64,000 bases of DNA from positions 512,001 to 576,000 of the forward strand of contig OZ244937.1 in the NCBI GenBank assembly GCA_965222075.1. The letters run 5' to 3'. The notes beneath the pieces are model-generated. The model was not told the origin of the DNA, made no database searches, and saw nothing but the letters and a program-made list of their open reading frames with translations. Shown piece after piece: positions 42,074-48,578 of the stretch. Made by a program: the position numbers and the translations under genes. This DNA is from Candidatus Latescibacterota bacterium. Lineage in GTDB: Bacteria; Latescibacterota; UBA2968; GCA-2709665. The number at the start of each line of letters is the position of its first letter. Positions within the stretch are counted from its first letter, which is position 1.

Positions 42074-42214
42074 TGAACATGAAAAGCCGAATGGGACTGC
42101 GTTCGGCGACTCTGCCTGTTACGATGGGGGGCCTGGCAGGATGGAAGAGGCAAGGCTTCGTCGCAGGGGAAGGGAGTATGAACGAAAAAATATGTATTTC
42201 TTCGGGAGGAAACC

Positions 42215-43855
42215 GTGCGTAAGCGGATCGCGACTTTTGCCGTTATCGCCATCGCGCTTTTGATTCATCCGCTATCTCATTCTGGGGCAATTGTTTCGTC
42301 ACAATCCGACCTGCCTGCGCCGGATGCCCTGCCTGCGCCGAGTGCTCGGCAGGCAGGTCGGCAGGCAGGTCGGCAGGCAGGCCCGAGTCCCGACTTTAAT
42401 GGGGATGGTGTTGTGAATTTTAACGACTTTGTGCAGTTTGCGGGCGTGTTCGGTTCAAGCCGAGGGGGTGGGACGTATGAAGCGAAGTACGATCTGGATA
42501 GCGATGGCATGATTGGATTTTCAGATTTTGTGATCTTTGCCGGCAACTTCGGCAAAGCGGTGAACCGCCTGCCTCGTCGGCAGACAGGCATAAATGCCTT
42601 TGATTTTCCGCTGCGCGCCATCTCCGCCGCGGGGAATTGGGGAACCAATGCGCAAGTTGTAGCAGAGTGGGAAGCTGCCGGGAGGGTCGGACCTCTCATA
42701 CCTCCGGAGTATATTGAATGGCTGAAGAGCCTGCATGTGAACTGGATCTTACTCTCCGTCGCTCTGCATTACGAAGACAGCATGGACAGCACGGTTGAGC
42801 GTAACTATTCAGCGGATATAGATATCTCTACTTTTTCGGATAAAGCTCTCAGACAGCTTATACGGGAATTCAGAGTTCACGGAATTGACGTGTATCTGAC
42901 CCTCGCATTCGAAGCCCATGAGGCGGAAACAGCCGCACGCCCGGTACAAAGGTGGCAACTTGGAGACCCGGCACCACCTCACACGGGCGGCGTTCCTCCT
43001 GACGATCCCGACATCTTCGGATTGATATTACCACAATTTTGGCCGTGGCGTCCGGATCACCCGGATCACGAACGTTTTGTCGCCGAGTTCTGGGAGACCT
43101 ATACACAACAGGCGGTACATTTCGCCAGAATCGCAGAGGATGAGGGGGTGCGATTGTACTCGTTGGGCACGGAGACTGATCGGCTTTTTCGAACGCGTTC
43201 AGGAGGCTATATGACCAATGATTTCGGTCAGGAACTCAGATCAATGGTGGAGAGAGTGCGTGCCGTGTACAGTGGCGTGTTGACCTATGACACGCACTAT
43301 GACGTATTCACAGCGTCCGACTTCTATGGACCGGGGTCGGGAGCAGGTCATCTATGGAAAGATTTGGATCTCGACATCGTGGGGATCAGTGCATGGTTTC
43401 CACTGACGGACTCGCGTCCGTCAACGGTACTGAGCGTCGAAAGTTTCCAGGCGAGTTATAGGCAGATATTCCAAAACCAGCTTATTCCTCTTGCGGACAG
43501 AAATCCCGACCGGCCCATTGTGTTTACCGAATATGGTGCTATGGATGTGGTTGAAACACCCGAAAGACCAGGTGATACATCAGCGCAAAACCGGCGATTC
43601 GTATTTACCGATTCGAACGGCAACGGGCTGGATGACGGGCGGGAAACTCAGGCCAACATCTATGAGGCCTTAATCAACACCATGGCTCAGTACCCTGGGA
43701 TAGTAAATGGTGTCTTCTATTGGGATAATTGGATAACCAGCGACGAACTGTGGGCGGGATACTGGGCAGGTCGGCGTACTTATGCTATTCGTGACAAGCC
43801 GGCTGAGGAGGTCGTGCGGTCAGCTTATGGGTCCTACATAAAAACGAAAAATTGA
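42215..43855 (+). CDS. Secreted dockerin/EF-hand-like plus GH113-like TIM-barrel glycoside hydrolase
   Basis: Signal peptide, PDFNGDGVVNFNDF pair, SLGTE and FTEYG putative catalytic glutamates, GISAWFPL. Confidence 0.7.
   Translation: MRKRIATFAVIAIALLIHPLSHSGAIVSSQSDLPAPDALPAPSARQAGRQAGRQAGPSPDFNGDGVVNFNDFVQFAGVFGSSRGGGTYEAKYDLDSDGMIGFSDFVIFAGNFGKAVNRLPRRQTGINAFDFPLRAISAAGNWGTNAQVVAEWEAAGRVGPLIPPEYIEWLKSLHVNWILLSVALHYEDSMDSTVERNYSADIDISTFSDKALRQLIREFRVHGIDVYLTLAFEAHEAETAARPVQRWQLGDPAPPHTGGVPPDDPDIFGLILPQFWPWRPDHPDHERFVAEFWETYTQQAVHFARIAEDEGVRLYSLGTETDRLFRTRSGGYMTNDFGQELRSMVERVRAVYSGVLTYDTHYDVFTASDFYGPGSGAGHLWKDLDLDIVGISAWFPLTDSRPSTVLSVESFQASYRQIFQNQLIPLADRNPDRPIVFTEYGAMDVVETPERPGDTSAQNRRFVFTDSNGNGLDDGRETQANIYEALINTMAQYPGIVNGVFYWDNWITSDELWAGYWAGRRTYAIRDKPAEEVVRSAYGSYIKTKN
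42310..42381. repeat. Nested palindromic elements (30 in 30, plus a 12-bp duplication), 72 bp in frame
   Basis: Encodes LPAPDALPAPSARQAGRQAGRQAG between QSD and PSPDFNGDG; the LRR paralog reads QSAPTPDFNGDG. Confidence 0.85.
42568..42588. repeat. 21-bp palindromic element in frame in a domain linker
   Basis: cctgcctcgtcggcagacagg. Confidence 0.7.
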
Positions 43856-43863
43856 AGCCCTGT

Positions 43864-43930
43864 GTGGGCACCAGCCACAGGATAAATTGGTAACGCGCCT
43901 CCAATGCCGGGCCAGTCTGACGCGCCCGGG
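43864..43930 (-). pseudogene. DGR accessory protein Avd-like N-terminal remnant (copy 2)
   Basis: ARQTGPALEARYQFILWLVPT, homologous to the remnant at 48415-48490 and in the same position downstream of a VR-bearing gene. Confidence 0.6.
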
Positions 43931-44107
43931 CTTTTAAGGGGCATTCAAAAGTCTGACTTCTAAGCCTTACAGGAAAGTTCAAAGGGAAAAATACCTCTCA
44001 CAGACCACAGAACCCGTCCAAAAAAATCGAAAAAGCCTCTCAACCCCCCAAAAGCTCCATCCTCATTTCCCCTCCCCTCCCCTCCAAAGAGGTAAAGAGG
44101 TGAAGAT

Positions 44108-44815
44108 TCAAGGGGTAAGCGTCCGGGCAATACGGAAACCGATGACGGCTGAACCGTCCGCCGGAGGAGACCCTGTCGCGGTACGCGGCGCGGAGGTCCT
44201 CGGGTAGTCGAACCACGAGCCGCCGCGCAACACGCGACGCGCACAGTCGCCGCTCTCCCAGGCCGAGCCGTCCGCCGCCGCGCCTCGGTAACTGGCGTGC
44301 CAGCAGTCCTGCACCCACTCCCACACGTTGCCGTGCATGTCATGAAGTCCCCACGCGTTGGCACCGAACGCACCCACCGGCGCCGTCTTCTTACCGCCCC
44401 ACTGACTGCCGCAACCATCGCAATTGGCCCGGCCCTGGCCAATCTCATTCCCCCAGCTATACGCCGTCACCGACCCCGCACGCAACGCATACTCCCACTC
44501 CGCCTCGCTCGGCAAACGGTAACGCAGGTCCGTCTCCACCGACAGCCACTCCGTATACGCCACCGCATCCTCCCACGAAACGTTGATCACCGGACGCCGC
44601 CCACGGCCCCAGCCTGCGTCGTCCATCCGCTCTCTACTCGTCGCCGCCGTGAAGCGATCGTACTCCTCGAACGTCACCTCGTACTTCGACAGCGCGAACG
44701 ACCCAACCGTCACCTCGTGCACCGGCTTCTCGTCGCCAGCACAGTCTTTACCCGACACGCAGCCCATCCGAAAACGGCCCGCAGGAATCACCACCATCTC
44801 AGGCTCAAGCGGCAT
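44108..44815 (-). CDS. FGE-sulfatase/CLec domain carrying a VR-like end; detached C-terminal part of kinase copy 1
   Basis: PEMVVIPAGRFRMG, RPVINVSW, RLPSEAEWEY, GLHDMHGNVWEW, RVLRGGSW...GFRIARTLTP. Confidence 0.85.
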   Translation of the reverse strand: MPLEPEMVVIPAGRFRMGCVSGKDCAGDEKPVHEVTVGSFALSKYEVTFEEYDRFTAATSRERMDDAGWGRGRRPVINVSWEDAVAYTEWLSVETDLRYRLPSEAEWEYALRAGSVTAYSWGNEIGQGRANCDGCGSQWGGKKTAPVGAFGANAWGLHDMHGNVWEWVQDCWHASYRGAAADGSAWESGDCARRVLRGGSWFDYPRTSAPRTATGSPPADGSAVIGFRIARTLTP

Positions 44816-44850
44816 CTGTGGTCACCCTTGCTCTTTCGGCTTCTGTGCAG

Positions 44851-46146
44851 TCACTTGCCTTGCTCTGCTTTCGCTCTTGCTTCTTGCTCTTGACGACGCT
44901 CTTGCTCTTGACGACGCTGCTCAGCCTGTTCTTGACGACGCTGCTTTTCGGGTAGATATTCATATTCATAATAGTATAGCCCCCCAACAAGATAGTATAG
45001 CCCCCCAACAAGGAGAGCAACCATGCATACAACCGCCGCAAGCCACTTCCCTTTGCGCTTTTTGGGAGAACCCGACCAGGCGTCGTCACGCTGATGCACG
45101 GGTGGGGCATCTACTCTCTCTCGTTCCTGTGCAAACGTTGTGACTAATCCCCTGGCAAACAACGGCAACCGGGCGTCGTCACGCTGATGCACGGGTGGGG
45201 CATCTACTATCTCTCGTTCCTGTGCAGACGCTGTGACTGGCGGCGGAATGTTCACGCTGCCTGATGTTTCTCCAGACAGCGCAGGACGCCATGAAGCCAC
45301 ACTTTGCGGGCGGGCAGCCTTATCCATTTGCAGGGCTTTATCTATCGCAGAAAGAAACCCAGCACTCGCTTGACCCGCGCAGCGCTCAGACACTGGAATC
45401 AGCGGGTCCTGGATTACTCTTTCCGTGGCGTCGTCGGGCACTTGACCAGTCAACGCCCGGTAGCACACGGCCCCCAATGCGTAGATGTCTGTCCAGGGCC
45501 CTTGATCACCCCGACTCGAATACTGCTCTATCGGCGCGTAACCCGGCGTGATAATCGACGTAACAGAACGGCTCTTAGCACCGATCGCCTGACGCGCCGC
45601 ACCAAAGTCCAGCAACACAGGTGAATTGTCCTCATCCCGAATGATGATGTTGCCCGGCTTGATGTCACGGTGCAGGAAATCGGCACGATGTACCACCTCA
45701 AGGCCATCCAGGATCGGATACAGAATGGCCTTGAGTTCGGCTTCGCTCAGCGTCCCTTTGCGTGCGAGGAATGCCGATAAGGTTTCGCCCTCGGCATACT
45801 CCATCACGATATACGCCGTGCCATGCGCCTCAAAAAAGCGATACACTTTAATAATGTGGCGATGATCGAAGCGGGCTAAGGTGCGTGCTTCATCTAAGAA
45901 ACGACCCAGTCCCCACTCAAAATCATCTCGAAACTGGCTGGCTTGCGGGGCAACGCTGTTGTCGCCTGTACGGGTGGCGATATCGGCGGGCAGGTATTCC
46001 TTAATGGCCACGGCTTTGTCCAGGTTGTGGTCAAAGCCCAGATACGTCATCCCGAATCCGCCAAAGCCCAGCACCCTCACCAGTTCGTATTCCTGGAGAC
46101 GGTACCCCTGGGGCAGCGCGTTGAGGGGGTGGTGTGCGTCGTTCAT
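44851..46146 (-). CDS. Ser/Thr protein kinase with TM helix (copy 1; out of frame with its FGE domain)
   Basis: GFGGFG, VAIKE, HRDIKPGN, DFG, GYAPIE; TM WLAAVVCMVALLVGGLY; near-identical to 48579-50993. Confidence 0.9.
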   Translation of the reverse strand: MNDAHHPLNALPQGYRLQEYELVRVLGFGGFGMTYLGFDHNLDKAVAIKEYLPADIATRTGDNSVAPQASQFRDDFEWGLGRFLDEARTLARFDHRHIIKVYRFFEAHGTAYIVMEYAEGETLSAFLARKGTLSEAELKAILYPILDGLEVVHRADFLHRDIKPGNIIIRDEDNSPVLLDFGAARQAIGAKSRSVTSIITPGYAPIEQYSSRGDQGPWTDIYALGAVCYRALTGQVPDDATERVIQDPLIPVSERCAGQASAGFLSAIDKALQMDKAARPQSVASWRPALSGETSGSVNIPPPVTASAQEREIVDAPPVHQRDDARLPLFARGLVTTFAQERERVDAPPVHQRDDAWSGSPKKRKGKWLAAVVCMVALLVGGLYYLVGGLYYYEYEYLPEKQRRQEQAEQRRQEQERRQEQEARAKAEQGK

Positions 46147-46201
46147 AGTGTTTCCCTCAAAGGGTTCTTCTCTTGTGTGTTCATCCCCGTGCGGACGAGG
46201 A

Positions 46202-46261
46202 CCTGCCTGCCGGGTCGCCTGCCTGCGCGGAGTTCTGCTCGGCAGGCAGGGCGCAGGCAGG
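46202..46261. repeat. Nested palindromic elements (33 in 27 bp) with an empty-site paralog at ~51047
   Basis: gacgagga[60 bp]cgtccgcgc here versus gacgaggatgtccgcgc in the duplicated segment. Confidence 0.9.
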
Positions 46262-46331
46262 CGTCCGCGCTCCCAGGTTGGCATGGCGCACTCAAACCAT
46301 GCGGGCGAGGACGCCCGCGTTCCCAGGGAGG

Positions 46332-46495
46332 TTAATCTTTCGCTCTTTCTTCCGTATCCTGCCAATCGAACGCGTCGCCGCACAGGGGCACGAACCGGAG
46401 AACCGTTGCGCCAATGCTGATATGGCTATGCGCGGGCAGTTCCGTCGGAATGAGCACGGGCTGGTCGTTGAGGTAGGTCAGGTTGGTGCCGCTCC
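46332..46495 (-). pseudogene. 3' fragment of the FHA-domain gene (duplicate of 51118-51275)
   Basis: GTNLTYLNDQPVLIPTEL...IGATVLRFVPLCGDAFDW. Confidence 0.8.
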
Positions 46496-46497
46496 CT

Positions 46498-47001
46498 TCA
46501 TTCGTTGGGTTGAGCGGAAAGTTTAACTTCGATATTGCAGTGAAGTTTGTCTTGAAGAATGAAAAGAATATGCGTGAGATTATCCATTGTAGGATTTCCT
46601 TTTGACGACAACATACGATGGACACTCTTGCTGGGCTTATCGAGCTCTTTTGCCAATAATTCAAAACCAATCGTTGAATTTACGAGTTCCCGAAGAACAA
46701 GACGGGCAGTTTCAGAATCCCCGCTTAAAAAAGATGAAACGGCTTCATTCATTAGAGATGCAGCAAAATCAGGATCTCTTTCTGCCCTTTCTCTAATTGT
46801 CTGCCTGTAGTCGCGTGTCAGTGCCATGTTTATCTCCTGCGATTTGTATTCTTTCATCATCTCTCCGGCTTTCGCAATATCCCTTTGTTGGCGGTCTTTT
46901 GTGCCGCCTCCCAGCAATACGATAAGGTCGTCACCATCCTGGAGTAAATAGATTCGATATCCTGGACCCCAATCAATTTTGTATTCTCCAAGCCCTGGCA
47001 A
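46498..47001 (-). CDS. Addiction module: 5'-truncated RelE/HigB-like killer in frame with an HTH antidote (antidote ATG 46827)
   Basis: [14 protein letters not shown]...[14 protein letters not shown], then MALTRDY...[18 protein letters not shown]. Confidence 0.8.
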   Translation of the reverse strand: MPGLGEYKIDWGPGYRIYLLQDGDDLIVLLGGGTKDRQQRDIAKAGEMMKEYKSQEINMALTRDYRQTIRERAERDPDFAASLMNEAVSSFLSGDSETARLVLRELVNSTIGFELLAKELDKPSKSVHRMLSSKGNPTMDNLTHILFILQDKLHCNIEVKLSAQPNE

Positions 47002-48015
47002 TCAGGTCGTGGTGTCTGATTGTGTTGACGACTGCGTCGGGGCGTCTCGATTTTTTTCTTCTAGCGGTTCCCCACTGATTTTGCCTGTCTCGATTCGTCT
47101 TGATTGCTGACCGGGTGACGCTGTCAGCGCTTTCTTCAAGGCAGACCAAAGCCCTGACAGGCCTGTTTCCCGTCTTGATGGCTGAGTCTCTTCGCCCTGT
47201 TTGGATTTCTCCTGGGCGGTATCATCGGGAAGCGTTTCCACCCCACAATCGGCCTCCGGAGTGTAGAGCAACACGGTGGTATTGTCCTGGTGGGGATGTC
47301 CGACCTCTTCCACGGCATGGATGAGTGCCCCGGTGACTTCTTCAAGGGGTGCGTCCTGCATGTCCTGTAGAATACGCGCAATCTCCTCATCCTCAAGCGT
47401 CATTAAACCATCACTCGCCAATAACAGACGATCGCTTTTTCGAACGGCAACCGGTTGCGATGAAATGTCAATCAGGTGGATTTCATCGCCCATGACCGCA
47501 GACCGCAGGGCATGCCGTTTGGAATCGGTCGCGGCTTCTTCTGCGGTCATGCGCCCCGCCGCCACCAGGCTGGCGAGCACCGGCGCCATGGAGTGATCGG
47601 CATTGAGGCGGCGCAACTGCCCGTCACGGAACAACCACAAGGGGGAATCCCCCACACTGATCCAGTCGAGTCCGTGTTGTGAAATGACCGCTGCGACCAC
47701 GGTTGACCCCATGCCCTTCAGTTCAGGATTATCCTCGGTAGCCCGGGCAAGGGCATCATTGGCGGCGGTGAGGCAGGCGCGCAGACGATCCGGGACTGGC
47801 CCGTCCGTGCGGGGATAGGTCTCGACAAAGGTCTTGACAACGGTCCTGCTGGCCGTGTCGCCGCTGACGTGCCCGCCCATCCCATCGGCTAACAACAACA
47901 CCTCACTGCCGTCAATATCGGGATCGCCGCGCTCAATCAGGCCGTAATCGTCCTCCTGATATTCCCGCCCACCGGGAATTTGCCGCGCGGCGAATCGTCC
48001 TTCCAATCGGTTCAT
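47002..48015 (-). CDS. PP2C-family Ser/Thr phosphatase
   Basis: REYQED, LADGMGGH, MGST, VGDS, DHS, LLASDGL, HQDNTT. Confidence 0.93.
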   Translation of the reverse strand: MNRLEGRFAARQIPGGREYQEDDYGLIERGDPDIDGSEVLLLADGMGGHVSGDTASRTVVKTFVETYPRTDGPVPDRLRACLTAANDALARATEDNPELKGMGSTVVAAVISQHGLDWISVGDSPLWLFRDGQLRRLNADHSMAPVLASLVAAGRMTAEEAATDSKRHALRSAVMGDEIHLIDISSQPVAVRKSDRLLLASDGLMTLEDEEIARILQDMQDAPLEEVTGALIHAVEEVGHPHQDNTTVLLYTPEADCGVETLPDDTAQEKSKQGEETQPSRRETGLSGLWSALKKALTASPGQQSRRIETGKISGEPLEEKNRDAPTQSSTQSDTTT

Positions 48016-48079
48016 GGTGTTCCTCCAATACGGCGCAGGGCTGCTGCCGTCTCATTGGCATTGTATGCCATCACAAAGT

Positions 48080-48209
48080 GCAGCGGTGTCCCTTCCCCAC
48101 AGGCGCGAGGCAAAAGGGACACCGCCCTTACCTCATCATGACCGTCCCTGGACGCTCCGTTGCACACCCGGCAACACCGTAGTGCTGCCCGTTCTGGCAG
48201 ACGAGCGTG
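48080..48209 (-). other. DGR RNA 3' spacer-like segment and terminal hairpin downstream of TR
   Basis: Noncoding; includes GAGCGTCCAGGGACGGTCATGATGAG and the hairpin GCGGTGTCCCTT...AAGGGACACCGC; position where the RT gene would normally follow. Confidence 0.5.
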
Positions 48210-48323
48210 CGGGCAACTCGAAAACCCCTATTGTTGTTCCGGTTTTCGATCCTGTTCCTGTTGCGATTGGCCGAGCGGAGGTTCCTCGGTTTGTTGTTCC
48301 ACGAACCGCCACGCAACACGCGC
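48210..48323 (-). repeat. DGR template repeat (TR)
   Basis: 114 bp, ungapped alignment with VR 48595-48708; AAC/AAT-rich (reads RGGSWNNKPRNLRSANRNRNRIENRNNNRGFRVAR); 16 of 18 mismatches at TR adenines. Confidence 0.93.
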
Positions 48324-48414
48324 TCAGGAGGGACGATCAGGCTTCCAAAGCGGATCGAACCACCCGCCTCGAAAGATCGCATGGCGCAACCGCCATGTAT
48401 TGGCATGATCACGC

Positions 48415-48490
48415 TCGACCGTCGGGACCAACCAGACGAGAAAACGAAAGTGCGACTCCAGCGCCGGGCCTTCCCGGATTGAGGCTACCC
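48415..48490 (-). pseudogene. DGR accessory protein Avd-like remnant (N-terminus only)
   Basis: IREGPALESHFRFLVWLVPTVER between the target gene and TR, the canonical avd position; family assignment is from memory. Confidence 0.6.
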
Positions 48491-48527
48491 GCAACGGGCG
48501 GGTGGTTAGCATGCCCTGGCCGGATCG

Positions 48528-48550
48528 CCAGGAGGGCGAAGCCCCCCTGG
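48528..48550. other. DGR target-recognition hairpin/cruciform downstream of VR
   Basis: CCAGGAGGGC-GAA-GCCCCCCTGG, 28 bp past the target stop codon. Confidence 0.75.
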
Positions 48551-48578
48551 ACCCCCCAGGAGGTAAAGAGGTGAAGAT

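Noticed and set aside
44124-44236. VR2 as a current target of the TR at 48210
   Set aside because: Too many mismatches at non-adenine TR positions, plus indels
48128-48412. 94-aa Asn-rich ORF as a protein-coding gene
   Set aside because: It is the conceptual translation of the template repeat and its flanks
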